From Balanoglossus misakiensis (taxonomy: Eukaryota > Animalia > Hemichordata): a DNA stretch of 64,000 bases. A program made the translations under genes and the position numbers. A model generated the notes under the pieces. The model made no database searches. It saw only the letters and a list, made by a program, of their open reading frames with translations, and was not told the origin of the DNA. Position 1 is the stretch's first letter; each line of letters begins with the position of its first letter. Location: NCBI GenBank assembly GCA_040954595.2, contig CM082579.2, positions 4,515,227 to 4,579,226 on the forward strand, in the 5' to 3' direction. Shown one piece after another: positions 1 to 14,600 of the stretch.

Positions 1-3000
1 TCAGATATACAACAAACATGGACGGGGGAGCACACAGCACTGAATAAGCGGAGGATAAGGGCTATGTACGTTCACTCTCACTCTGATGACGCAAGCAAGC
101 AACACGCACAGAAAGCATCCTTGTTTCGTCACGGAGTACCAAGAAAGCAAGAATTTACGTCGTTGATCTTTAATAATACCAAAAAGAAGAAGGTTCTGCT
201 GTACATGAAATGTTTGTATTATATTATCAACTTTTCGTGTGTGATTTGTTTCAGATATCGTACAACAGAACCTCCTCGACCACATGATAGATATCGTATT
301 GCATGCGACCCGCGCGGTGCCAAACGACTTCCAACGACACCGCTCTCATTGTCCACCGGTAACTTCACCGGGGAAATGTTTCTCTCTCTTTTGTGGGCGA
401 GACGACTTTCGCACGACCTTACACGAACTCAAGTCGGGCATGATAGAAGGAGTCCGATCCGTAAATAATGTATCAAACGACTGGATATTACCGTGTAAGA
501 GAAACACCCCGTCAAATTCGAACACAATACCGCCGTGGGTAATTCATTTGTCGCCGAACAGGTATACCATTACACTATTGTAGTGCATAAGTATTATAGT
601 CCCTAAAAAGTGCCGAATAAAGACTAGTGATATTATCGCGCGATAATGAACGTGCAATTTCTCTATCGCGATTTGTTTTGCTCTTTCTTCATGTGAAGGA
701 ATTGCTTCCCTGTAAACATACATATACAACTGGTCAAATCTCGCCAAGCCACATAACTTGAAGACGAGGGGCCCTGGCCTGAAAGCCTGTTTGATTCGAG
801 AATACGTGTACGTGCACCACTGACACCGTGTAATTTGTTTGACTTCGAATCAAATTAGTGGTTATTGATCGGCCGTTCTCGTGAAGAAGACACGACGGCC
901 TTTGTTCTTTCTCAATCCATCTCGGGGGACTCGCGAGTCCGCGGGGGACCTGCTGAACAATGGGCCATTTTCGTAACTGTCAGACCTACAGAGTGGACAA
1001 TGGAACCCCCTCTTGACCACTTATTGTATTTGTGAAAGGGGATTTCGGGCACCAGATAGGTTTTAATGACTGTGATAAAAACGGGAAAAATGAAATAATG
1101 CCGCATGATCGGTTCTTTTGCCGTAAAAAACACCGATGCTATGTAGGGCCTTGTGAGGGGGAAATAGTTCGCTGTGAAGTGGTTTTGTGCAAAGAGATCC
1201 CCAACGACTGGATAAATTAGTCGTGGGACCCAGTTGTAATTTTTACGGAAAATTGGAGAGCGTTCGATGTCAATGCACCGCGGGGAACGAGTGACAGGGG
1301 AGATGACCGGTATATCGGCAAGATTAAAGGTCATCGAACGGGGCAAGCCACGATACAAACCGATCGATTTCTATATCTTTTAATTACGTGACGAAACTAT
1401 CCAGCTTATAGAGACAAGCAGGCGTTACGATGTAACGTTGTCAATCCAATATAAGTTAAATCGGCGAAGAGGGGCCGGCGAAGCGCTGGTCACTGAAATT
1501 CAATGTTTTGAATTTGAATTGCTTGCGGGGGGTGGCGGTGGGGTGAGGTGGAATCGATGAGCTGACAACAGCCGTTACACGATATTTCACTCGTAAATAA
1601 TACTTGATCGGGGCATAAACAAAACCCACGTGTAAAAAAAAAACAATACAGACCTTTTTTTATCGAATTTGCGACTGAATTGTAAATATATTTAGCTCTC
1701 GTGGGGGTGTAAGGTATGGACAGTTTAGCGTAGTGGGGGCGTTTGTACCATACATTTCGTCAGACTCTTTATATATGCAGTCATGTCTCTCGGGATAACC
1801 TAGCAACCGAAGCAGAGGTATCCAGCAACTACTAACTATTGGCAAAACAAGCGAGTCAGTGGTAAAGGGAAATAGGTCGGTCAACCAAACTAAACCGTAG
1901 ATTAGCATCTGACTGTCCGTATTTCTGACTTTCTATAACCACCTGTGCGTGCATGTTGCGTTCCTTGGCCGTGTGTTATGCCACGGTATCAACACCTTGT
2001 CGCGGAGTGTGCAATGAATATCGATCGTGCATACAACTTGTTAGGCCCTATAGACAGCCAATAACCGATAGCCTTGAAATCTCAGTGGAACCAGCCTTGA
2101 TGGTTTACACGCAAATGCACTTGTGCGCAGCAAGCGATGAAATCAACCTTGTCCGGTAATTATCCATGAAATCACTATGATTATGCGCATACGAATACTC
2201 ACTTTGAATGTCCCATTCTGTCGGAGACTTCCTTCGCAAAGTCCGAATTGTACAGAAAATCTCCCGTTGCCCCTTCCGCTCAGTTTGACATTATCTGACC
2301 CCCAACCCCAAGTTGGTCGACATTCCACACCTTTTCAGGACATGATTGATCGACAGGGCCCCGTTGAGAGGCTATAAAATGACCCAAACCTGTTCAGCGA
2401 CACGCAATGTTGCTAGCAAGCGGGTGTCTCATGACAACGAGTGGAAGGCATTCACCTATTAAAGTCGTATACCTTAATCTTCAAGGAGGATACACGATTG
2501 TTTCTATCAGAACGCTGATACATATCGCGGCCGCATGCAGTAACAGTGCTCGGGCGCTGTGAACGAAGCAGTGTCCGGATCGGGGTGAAGTAAATGAAGC
2601 CGATTCGAAAGCTTGGGCAATAAAATTTGAAGCAAAACAAGGTTTCTATTTATAAACATTGGGCATTCAAATACTGGATTGCAGTTTTATCAACAATAAA
2701 ACAATAACGACAGCAAGCAGCGTTAGGCCTTGATTACAATCTACGTGTAGGTTATAATGAAAGATGAAGATTTCACCCAAGTGAACAGCAAACTGATACA
2801 ATCTTTGAGGTGATATACATGAACGTACAATCATTAGTCATTAGTTCGCTTAGATCAGGTATGATTTCAGCGTGTAAACTCTTTGAATAATTTACTCATT
2901 TTAAAGGCTCTGAATTTTTTTAAATCCACAATTTCTGGTGATTACCCCTAGGTGCTGGCGTCACGGTCCATTTGAAGTCAAATTGACCATATAAGTAAGT

Positions 3001-5714
3001 TCTGTCCAGATAATCTTCGCGGCCTGGTTGGACCAAAGTGCACGGACTCTGGTTCTTTAACGCTTGGCAACCGCGGCACGCGATTTTCCGGTTAATACTG
3101 GGGATTAAGGAGACAATTTATCGTCTGCGAATAGGCAACGCTATCGCGAGGGGATTTTTGGAGCTCTCAGAACGATTTGGTTTAAGCCTTCTGTCTGTTC
3201 ATATACCAATATCCGTCGCATTTTCCCCTCAGTTATTGAATCAGTGTTCTTTATTACTGTTCCCGTCAAATGAAGTGTGTATTTTTTACACTCAACAATT
3301 TTCTCGTTTGATTCGCTTCAGCGAGATGATGACGTCACGCTGATCGTGCGTCAATGTGGATGCGCGATGCTTTGCAGCGTTTGACCATTTCAAAACGACA
3401 TTCAATATCGACAAAGTCTGGCCACTTCATAATATACAGCTGACAGAAATATCAGCCACTCGCTCGGGCTGTTTGTTAATATACTAGTTTACCGCTTTGT
3501 GTCCGTTACGGAGATCATCGGTCAGCAATTTGTTGCATTTCTTCTATATGTAAACATCGTAACACTGAAGGAGTACTCTCATTATTTTAAGGTTTTAAAA
3601 TCCACTCTTAATTTTATAGTTAACAGCAAGGGTAGATTTATGCGTTGCTAGGAGATAAGTAAATGCGCCATTTCCCCCTATTAAAGAAAGGAAGTGTTTA
3701 CAATATTGCCATCAGAGTGCAATGAACTTCCCAATAACTTTTCTGTTTAGAGGTCATGAATTTATTGTCACGAGTATGTTTTCCCCCAGAACGCCAAATC
3801 ACATTAATTAGCTGAACTCAGCAACCATGTTGCCAGTCTCTAAATGAAATACTAGTATGCAGCAATGGGGTCATGTTTAGCAATATATTGAACCATCTTT
3901 CTATGTACTGTCTATGCAGCGCTTGGCCGTTTGGCTGGGGTTTCATTTCTACCTCGCACGCGGTTTCGCCTGAAAGTTTCTTTTTTTTTCGGCGAAGGCC
4001 TACCAGAACTTCCTTAAAGTACCTCGCGGACGCACAATCGAAAACTCCTAACTTTAAATTTACATTTTTAGCGAAAAAAATTAGAGAAAACTGTTACTTA
4101 CAGTAGAGGATGTCTGCAATGGGGGCTGCAAGCCATGGGGAAAAGGCACCCTCGATTTTCGTCAAGTCACTTTCGATGACCGATGGTTTATGTACATTAT
4201 CCTAAATGAGGCTAGCAAAATCTTGTAAAATCCAGTCCATATCGTCACAGTCATGACCTACACTGTCACTTTGTTGTCGAAAAATGCTCTGGTTAATGAA
4301 CAGGTCGTTCTCGTCGCTACTTTTAGCCATGATTTTTGCACGTCAAAGATTGACTTCCAAATGATGGCAACGTGGCACCTCATTGACCACGTGACAACCA
4401 AATGCACTTGTTAACAATATCCAATCGAGAAGTGCCATTCACCAGGTGCCTTTTGTGAAGCTTGTGATTGGTTGATGTGATGGAGAAGACTAGTTGTTTA
4501 GCATACAAAGATCATGATGATATGTGTTGTAAGCCGGATAATGTATTCACCGACGACCTTGTACACAGGTGTGACTCGTGAGTTGATTACGGATTGCACT
4601 TGTCATCGGAATCTATGTGGTCATTGTTGTTAGCATTGAATTGTAAGAATGCAAGCCTGCTTCAGAACTGTTTGCAATCAAAACACAGTCTTTCATCATC
4701 GGAGAACAAGGACAGAAACCAATACACACACCTTCTTTCACAGTGGGTTGTACAATGTGCCCGAGTCAAACAAGACAATATATCTCGCAAACATAGCGGA
4801 AACTTCACAGTTACTTCGAGATTAACATTTACCCAAGTAGGTGTGATCTTTCATATATAAGGGCACGGTCCCTCACCGTGATAAAGGCTTATATAGTTAA
4901 GAACGACTCTTTCTTTTTGACCTAGAGACTGAACAATATAAAACAACATTGTGTGTAACGGTGGACTTTTCACGTGGCCGCAGCGAGGATTTCAAAACTG
5001 ATGTTCGATGGGGTTACCACTGTTGTCAATCGACGTCGTCTGGTCTGCCCGACAACCGGGTTACACGCGTGACTCCGGCGAGCAACGATAAGCCCCTCCA
5101 CAACGGAACATGATCGTTGAAAAGAATTAAAGTGGTTCAGACATTTGTCATTTGTTGGCATGGCAACTTTGGTTACCCAACCATATTGTTTCCAAAGTGT
5201 CCGAAACGCATTGTTTGCTGGAGACCTGAACAAACTCAGTAGCCTCATCAAATCACGTTGCTTGCAGTGTTTATCAATGTTTGGTTCCATTCATTCACTC
5301 CTTCATTTCAATATCTTATTCACATTATTGATTTATTATTTGTAGATAACAATCAATAATCTAAGGAATATTGGGATTAACTTAAGTACACATGTATTGG
5401 ACTGAATAATGTCAATGGTATACGCTTATCTTCTCGAGTTCGAATTCCTTGTGTGTGAACAGAATGTATAAGTGATGATATTAACATGCAGGTCAATTTG
5501 ACTTCAAACCTTGAAATCTTGTTAGGTAAACATGCTACGAGTTCATTCACTCAACACGACTGAGAACTGATGGGGAATATCCTGCTGGGCATGGGTTCTC
5601 AAATGTCATGGACATATTAATATTATTCAGTGAGTTGTCGAACAAACACTGATTTCAACGTCAGAACCCATTCGCTTTGCTCTCAATGATAATTAGCAAT
5701 AATAGCGTTCGTTC

Positions 5715-5815
5715 GTTTTTTCTTATTTGCTTGCTTGTTTATTTTTTTATTTATTTACTGGTTTATTTTATTTATTCATTCATCTTTTTTATTTATTTAT
5801 TTGTTTATTAATTTA
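5715..5815. repeat. Degenerate (TTTA)n low-complexity tract
   Basis: Visible ttta/ttca/ttgc repeats. Confidence 0.7.
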
Positions 5816-6335
5816 TGCTCCCGGGTATTTCCAAAACTTGAATTGCATCACCGTTCCCCGCCGCAAAATGCGAGCGAAATTAAACGTTCCTTTGTTAACG
5901 TTAAGGTAAAGCGTTCAGAACAATGGAAAACAATATTTTTTATTTTAAGTTGCAATAGGAAACCCCGGCTATGGTGCGATCCGGTTACAGCCGCGGTGAG
6001 CAACGTACAACTGTTTGCACTTACACCGGATTAGTGTCACTGACAGATACATGCACTGACAATGAGACACGCTGGAAACTGAAATGCTAAACTTCATTTT
6101 TACCAAACTAGTCAATAGCTACTGCAAATAGCACGGGCGAGTTCTAGACCCCTGCAGCGTTTTGAACCGGCCGAATGCTTTCCGGCAAAAATATCACCAT
6201 TACTCACGAGGACTGATATCCTACACCAAGAACATGTTTTTAAAAGGACAATCACCGGCTCTACTATAATGTTGACCTGATCCACAGAATCACGCCGTTC
6301 AGCGGTTGGAAATACCAAAAACGATTCGATCTTAC

Positions 6336-7060
6336 CTGTTCTCCCCGTTTCTCGCAGCCTACTATACTTCTCTTAGACAGGCAACACAATTCAGATAGCG
6401 TTTGCAGCAGATATCCCATGAGTGGGCACAGTCTTGTTTCTTTTCGTTTGAATGGATACTAACGGCGAAGCTCTATTTTCCCCGTTACATGTATATCTAG
6501 CTGACGTTCCCCCGCTCTGGTATTCTCTCCAACCTCTTTATGATCAGGGGGGAACCACTTAGTGCATATTTTACGTACTCGTTGCGACGGACAATGACAG
6601 TTTAGGCGTTTTGTGCTAAGCCTCGGATCGACTTTTTTGTCACGGGGTAATCCACCCGACTACTGTCAACATTTCGTTGTCCGGCATTTGCTTCGCTGAG
6701 AAATGTCCAATTATCTCGGGACGGGGTTTCCTCGGTGTATCGAGAAATCTCTGCCTGCCACGTGAAACTTACCTGGTTTTTTAAATAGCTCCGACAGCTC
6801 AAGTAACAGATCTGAAGATCTTCCCCTGTGTATACTCAGTACTGTCAGGACGATTCTTATCACCTCTTGCCTGTAACCACTGTCGCGTTGCGTGTAACTG
6901 CGGAAAACACTTCCCCCGCTCGTATTTACCTGGCTGCCGTCGTCCGCTTCACTTGTCAGTCAGGGTCATGCGAGGTGAGCCGCGATGGGGTGCCTGGCAA
7001 CGGCCACACGCCGGCGTCACGGTCATTTAAATCACCAGTCGCATTAGCAACCGGACGCGG
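6336..7060 (-). other. Possible promoter and 5' non-coding exons of a minus-strand gene continuing off the left edge
   Basis: Three strong minus-strand CAG|GTAA donors (~6929, ~6771, ~6335), an acceptor at ~6826, CpG-rich sequence and a TTTAAA at ~7026. No recognisable protein. Confidence 0.3.
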
Positions 7061-8601
7061 TATAATCACAGCGCTGATTACTTGTGGAGAGTCATCATAA
7101 ACTTGAGCGTAGCGAAGACCTGAACAATTTTACGGTCATTCTCATCTATTTATTTGTATTCTTTGGGGGATTTTTCTACTGAATGGGAGTCTTAACGAGC
7201 GTTGTTCGCTTGGACGAAACTCGAATAATAATTTCTCCCTACACGTACCTGGGGCTGCATGAGTGTTATGGAAATAATATTCCCAAATGAGGCTCAATAA
7301 TAACGCCCCTTTTCAGCGACTCTTTGTGAGTGGGGTTCCAAGAGCGGCTTAATCTGTCACATTGACCATGCACCACCGACTTTTATTTGCCATTCATCAT
7401 AAAACTGAAATGGCTGTCTCTGAGTATTTTAGATGCACGGAAAGCCTCGAGTCGAGTAGGTGGTCGGCCGGGAAACGGCGCCGAGAAGTGTTTGTGGACG
7501 CTGACACCGCAAGGGCCACAACAAACACTCGTGTCTAGCAGAGCGGCACGAAAAAGGAACATTACACCGTGGAAAGCTCAGTCACTTCAACACTTGTACG
7601 TTACCGGGTGTGGCTCTACTACTGGCATAGGCACATTTCGTCCGCACGTCAAGTTTGACTGGACTTGGGGAAAGCCCCGTTTCAGCCATGCAGGCGTTGG
7701 GGAGGGGGGCTTTACGCGAACTTAAATTTTCATTAGGATAAAATTTTATTTCCATCCATCATAACATGTACAAAAAATACACATGGTCTTGACTTTTATA
7801 AAGCATATCTCATCAGAAGAAAATTAAAACATTTAGGACAAAAACATCAAAATATATGGATAAAAGAACACAAAATCTAAAATTTGAGAAATATGTTTCT
7901 CCATGGAAGCATTTCCTTTTCATACTTCAAAAATCGTATAAATTTATGCCAGGTTCCACATGAAATAAAATCACTGGTGGTGACGGATTAGTGACTTCTC
8001 TGGTCTGCAATAATCCAAGATGAAACGGGTCTGTGTTTATCCACTGTTCCAAAGATCATGTTGGGAGGCTAGGGCCATGTTAATTGGACTCTGTTCTGAC
8101 CATCGACACCATCACAAACTTAATTCTGTGTAGCACCGGTTAGAGTTGTGCACATGTGTGATTATGTGATCGTGTGACCATGTGTAAGACCAACAATACT
8201 ATCACTATGGCCCAAAGACTTGTGTGCCAACATCATCTTATTTACCGCCTCACATACAGTTGTCTAAAGTTAAAGATTAAAAGTACAGAAAAATTGTTAA
8301 AATACCAATAAAAAGTAGCATCTCAAGAGTACATAACTGATTTGGATAGTTAGATATAAAAAACCCACACCAATCAGAATAAAGAATGTAACCTTTGAGG
8401 TTTATACATCAAAATAATATGAACGATTCTGACAGTAGTGCATATACACAAACATTAATATTTCTATTTCTACTCTAAAAACTTCACTAACGTTGACAAT
8501 ACTAAACTGGTGAAACGTGAGTTGTCTACACAAGCTAGGTGGCCCTTTGAGGGCGCTGCAGACCCTTAGAGGGCGCTGTCCTGTAGGGTTTGGCTCATTA
8601 C

Positions 8602-11600
8602 TCATTTCAGCAAAACTTTGAGTACTGCAGCTGATTGTTCGACGTATCTGTGATAGATAAAAATAAAACCAACATTACTGAAAAAGTCACTCTAAATGGA
8701 ATGATGACTACTGCAACTTGATCTGAAAATGGCTTTCAAAATTCACCACCACTGTTTATATTAGGTGCTCAGGCAGGTATCGCTTTCCACTAGAGTCAAA
8801 CAGTGTAATTGACACCACCACTCCAGACTAAACTGTGCCTGGGATTCTGTTCATTACGGCCAGGTACATGGCTCATGACTACTTCTCAGGTTGCAGTCAA
8901 AGCGACACACAGTCAGGTCCAGAATCCAGGGGTCATGAAAACTCTAAACAAATCAAAAGCAAGTGAAATCTCTACTCACTGATAATCATTTCTCTTCAAC
9001 CAACTGATCACCGTGGGCCGGATTCTGGCCACGCCGCCGCGACTGTGCGAGCCGCTGCCCGTGACAACCGTCAGGTGATTGAAGCGCCTCCTGCTGGACA
9101 AGTTTCGGACCTCCGCCTCCTTCTTCTGCAGAATCTTCTCCAGGGCGTCCAGGGCTTCGTTGACGTGTAGTCCGTGCAGGTCGAGCGTGTTCTCATCAAG
9201 GGAAGCGCTTCTGTGGGAGGAAAAATAGGTTTTAAAAAGTTTGAGTTGTGGAAGAACGGCTGTCAGAGTTTTGTCACGTTTAGTGCAAATGCTAATACAG
9301 ACGCAGATGCATCATCATGCACATACGGACACAAATAGAAGGAAAATCTACTAATCAAGTAGTGGCAGTGCAAAGGTTGTAACTCACCTGCGTTCCAGTA
9401 TCTTCTCAGATGCTCTTTTGTTTGCATCTCTCAGTTTGCTAGTGTGCACATGGCCCTGTTCACATAAAAAAGATAGTAACGGTGGAAATAAGAGGCTCGT
9501 CTATGACAGGAAACCAGTTTGACATTATCTACCTGCTAAAAGTTGGTGTTTTACGTCGCTACATAAACTGATCACATCATTTGAAGGGGGTGGGAACAAA
9601 GTGAAAATCAACGCTCACTGTGACCACTGGTGGCGCTTTTCTCGCCCAGCCACCAACTTTGGTTTTACATGTAGTTATGCAATTGAGCATGCACATAGGT
9701 CAGTGGACACAACATACATGTACATGAATTGCTCTGGCTATAGTGGTTACAGCTGAGCAAACACAACATACCTGCTGTGAATAAACCACTGCAAGCTGTC
9801 TCTGTCCTCTCTTGTAGGCCTCAGCTGCTTTCTGAAAACACTCGTGTCTCAGTTTGTAGTGCATGTCAGCCTCAGCTCTGTAGTCTTTGTATTTCGGATC
9901 GCTTATGGCCTGGTACTCGTAGTCTTCCTCCTCCTCCTGTGTATATAGTAGAACCGATATTCATTATCTGATAATTTACCAATATTAACTGTCAAATATA
10001 TTGTGGCTTGTTGGCAAAATGCTGCGCAATATGTTAAGTAATGGATGACTGTTCATGTGAAATTCCCTACTCGAGCGAGAAAGATGGATAGATACCTCAT
10101 GCGATGTCGAGTCCTCTTTGGTGCCCAGCAGGAAATGTCTGGCCTCTGGTGGTACTGCCACAGGCAGCTTGGATGCTGCAGCGGTGGTGGTGGTGGTGGT
10201 GGTTACATTGCTGGCTGCGCCGCTGTTTGCCGAGGCGCCTGCAGTGGGTGTTGCAGGGCTTGTGAGGGTGGTGGAGTCCGGGCCAAAGATCAACCCCAAA
10301 GATGCCCTTATCAGCTGGATGGTGGCTCCTAACTCACAGCTACGAAGGCCACAGAATAAAACAGAGGAAGATATCAGTTAGGTGCTTTCAAGGCATGACA
10401 ATTTTAATGGCCACCTTTTAAAGAAATGATGGGATCGCTTCACAACTTGAAATCACAGAACTTACTTGTTGGCTTCAAATATTTCATCCAGCGCCTCCGG
10501 GTCCAGTTTCGGGAACATCTCTTTGAGTTTCTCCCGCTTCAACTTTTTGGCGAAATCTTCCTTTTCTCGCTTCTCTTCTTTCACAGCAGTCTGCATGAAA
10601 ACAAGACAGTCTTTTTAACCACATTCTCAGTACATCAGAGCCCTTCCTTATTTCTATGGTACTTCTCCATTCTACATAGATACATACATAGATACATTAG
10701 GTATCTGAAATCTCCACAGACTGGATGCACACACTCAGAACTCACTCCCAATCACATCAAAACTTACCCTGTCATCCTCACTAATCTGCAATGCCATCTG
10801 CTCATCCATAATCTCCTTCAGTGAACCAGCATCTTGCTGCGGATAGAATGGTTTGGGTGGACTTTGCGCTGGCATCTTCACTTTCATTGGGACATAACGC
10901 TTTCCCCTCGGCGATGACGACCTGCTTGACGATGGGCTGCTCGAATCACTGGATTCCACTTTGACCGACTTGCGCGATTTCTTTCGCTTTCTTTTCTGGT
11001 CTTCTTCCTTCTGTAGTTCTCTGGCCAAAGCCTCGTCTGTTCAAAACAAGATATGAATGTGTTTTTTAATCCCTCAAAGTAGCAATGATGAAAGTCCAAT
11101 GACAGCCATTATCTCTCATTTTTGTCCGACTTTGGACAGAATTTTACAGGGAGAGGGAGCTGTCTGTCACTATCATGTTTTTCTTCACACATAGCCAACA
11201 ATGTCATTATTGACGACTGGGTTGGAACAACAGTTTGGGGAGACAATGGCGCATATGCCATAACCCACCTGCTTTCAGAATTTGCTCCATCTCTCTACGA
11301 TAACTATCGCCTTTCTTCTCTAGTGTCTCTACCCAACATTGATAAATTTGTTTGGCAAGATCGTAGTTGATGTTGACATTGTAATCTTCATGTGGAAACA
11401 GCCCAGCTATAAGATTTGGTACAAAAAATTTGAATTACATTAAAAACAGAAACATGACATCACACAAAAGCAATAATTGGTGACTGTATTTGAGTTCAGA
11501 TAAGAGCATCACGCTACTCATCACCTGAATAAATGTCCTTTACCTGATGGATGCATTGTCACTGGTCCAAACATTTCCTGCAGCTGCAAGGCCAGCAGTG

Positions 11601-14600
11601 GGTCCATGGGCATCTGCAGGATGTCTCCAGGCATCAAGGCAGCTCCAGCAGGTGCATCTGAATAGTCCGTGGTTGTAGATTCAGATCCCCTGCCCACTTC
11701 AACACTTATCACCTCTGCTGTGCTAGTTGCTTCAGTCGACAGATGTTTGGCTTTTGAATCTCTGGTTGTAGGTTCTTCAGGGACGGGCGGCTCATTTTCC
11801 CCGCCTTGTTCACAGGGGACTTCCGTTTCTGAATTATCCACTGCCAAGCGATCTGGGGTGCCGTGTCCCTCCTCTGCGAAAAGGTCAACCCCTTCAGCCG
11901 CAGCGCCGATCCCGTCAGTCAGGAACTGATCCAGTCCCTCGTAGGAGACGCGGTAATCTTTGCCGGCGCTGGCGTGGTCATCGTCATCCGGAAAGTCGGC
12001 ACAGATCCTGTCAAGCCTCGCCTGCGCCTCTTCTCCGGTACTCCGAAGCTCCTCGAGATATTCCTCGAAAGTTGCGTCCAAGGCAGCGGCGTAGTCCGGC
12101 ATGTCAAGGTCGGCCACTGATAACGCTGCCACTCTCTCCAACTCTTTGTACTGCTCGGCGGTGAAGCCATCGTATGCGTCCTCCCCCCTGGTGGCTGCAG
12201 CTGTAGCCTCCTGCACAGCCACAGCTGGTAGTGATTCCGACTCTTGTCTGTCTACAGGGTTTACTCCCTCACCACTGTCAACGTCAGGCATCTCTGCGAT
12301 ATCTTGCTCTGCTGGCACGTCTTGGGTGTTGTTAGATTCCTCTTGGGGTACAGTCCCTAACTTCTCTGTCTCTTCGACTGACACTGCGTGTTCTTCTGTG
12401 AGAGACGTCTCCTCTCCGTCTACCATAAGTCTCTCATCCATTTCCTCTTGGGGCTCAGCCCCAGCATTCTCTGTCTCTTCGACTGACACTGCGTGTTCTT
12501 CTGTGAGTGACGTCTCCTCTCCATCTACCACAAGTCTTTCTTCCATTTCTCCATGGTCATCTGCACCTCGCTCTTCAACTGCCTCAAGATCAGCTTCTTT
12601 GTCTTCTGTCTCGCACTCAGCTACGCCCGGTATCTCAGTATTCTCATCAACAGACACCGACTCCTCGGTCGGAACCTGCACCACTTCCTGCTCTGTGGTG
12701 CTAAGCTCTTCTCTGATACCGACTGCTTCTTCATCCATGACATTGTCCTCTTCTGTTTCAGTCTTCTCTGTGTTCTCGACTGGGGTCTCCAATTCACCTA
12801 TGCCCGACTTTTGATCGAATTCAACACTTAGCTTCTCTTTGAGTCTCAGCTTCTCTCCATCTGTTTGCTCAACATCTTCTCTGTCTTCTGCATCAGTTAT
12901 TTCCAAAGCCAGGCCATCACCACTTACTCCTTCGGAAGAATCGTGGTCTGACCCCTTGTCTGTTGCATCTCCAGAAATTACTTGCAGGTCAGGTTTGGGG
13001 CACCCCTCTCCGGCAGACTCCTGAACACCCAGTTTTGTAGCGTGTTCATCAACACAGGGGTGCCCAGTCTCTTGATCAGGTGTGAGACACTGTTCTGTCA
13101 CTTTCGTCTTCTCAGCAGCAGGAACATCAGATGAAGACATCTCATCAGTGACATCTTCTTCAGTGCTAAAATAAATCTCATCACCATCCTCCGCTGATCT
13201 GACTACCGGTGGACTTTCTGGTGCTTCCGAATCTTGTTCCACCTCCTCCTTAGTATCACTTGTATTCTCTGCATCTTTCATGTCACTGACTTCCACATCA
13301 CCCACTGACTCCAAATCTCTGCATTCTCCAACATTTCCTGGTGGGGCCTCTGCTCCTTCTTCTGTCAAGAAAGTCTTCATTTGACTGACGATGTCTTCAC
13401 TGGGTAGATCAAACCTGATTTCATCATCCTGAGAGAATTCAAAGTTGCCGTCCTGGTTTTCCATGGCTTTCCCTACATTGTCTTCAGGTTCTCCTGCATC
13501 AGCATTCTGACTGCTAGCCTGTTCCATCGAGGGGAGTTTATTCTCATCGGCAATAGGCGCTTTCGATTCACAAATGTCCTCACTATTCAGTGTGTCTTCC
13601 TTCACATTTTCCAGGCCAACATCCTCTGATTTTCTCTTCTCAGACTCTGTACATGCATCTTCTTTATTTTCATCCCGTGCGTCCTCTTTCTCCGAGTCAA
13701 CTCTTCCAGAATCAAGAGAATCACTCGCAGGCGTCTGTCCGAGGTTTTCCCTCTCCTGGTTTTTGCTGTGGTCAGTTCCTTTCTGTGCTTCAGTACCTTC
13801 CAACTCTGTCTTTCCTTTCGGTCGTTCCACTCCATCCGTCACTTTGTCCCCTTCCTTACTCTCCACTTGATTTGTTCCCTTGTAGCAGATTGGGAAATCG
13901 CCAGTACACTCGATCGTTCGCTCCAACTTGGAATACTTCTTCATCAGCCGCAGCTTCTCCCGCTGCAGCAGGTCCTTCACCTCCACCTTCTCCTGAAACG
14001 TGCAGTGTTCAATCTCCAGCATGAGGTCCACGGCCCAGTCCATGTCACCGTCGCACTGGGTCAGCACCTCTCTCACGCCCTCGTAGGTCACCTTGGTGAA
14101 GTTGCGGTAGAGGAACTTGATGTTGTCCTCCCTGTTCACCCCGAACGGAAAGTCTTCCGTTGTCGTACTCTTGTTCAGCCACAGCGAGGGCATGGGGGTC
14201 GCTCGAAACGGATCAGTTGGCTTGGAAACGAATCGACTGCCTTTCGTGTTGAGAACTTTGAGGTGGGAAGGAGTGCGTACTCGACCGGGGCCCTTCTTCT
14301 TGAGACTTTGCAGCAATTCAAACACTTCATCACAAGTTTGAGTCACCCCGTCTTTAGTTCGTAACTCTGACGGATCGTTCAAAGTTAACAAGGCAGATTC
14401 AGGATTACCACGAGCTGGGTCGTCAATGTCTGGATCAGTGGACCCATCAAAAGTGGGGGCCAGTTTCACCTTGGGCTTTGAAGTTTTCGCCTTGCCATCA
14501 CCATTAGGTGTCTTGGAAGCAATCTCCGTCTCTTGTAGTCCTCTCTTGGACTCTTCCGACCTTTCCTTCTTCTTCTTGTCGTCTTTCCCACCTACCATGA

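Noticed and set aside
255-583. Possible plus-strand exon after tttgtttcag at 254
   Set aside because: Two open frames, neither resembling a family I recognise, and no partner exons.
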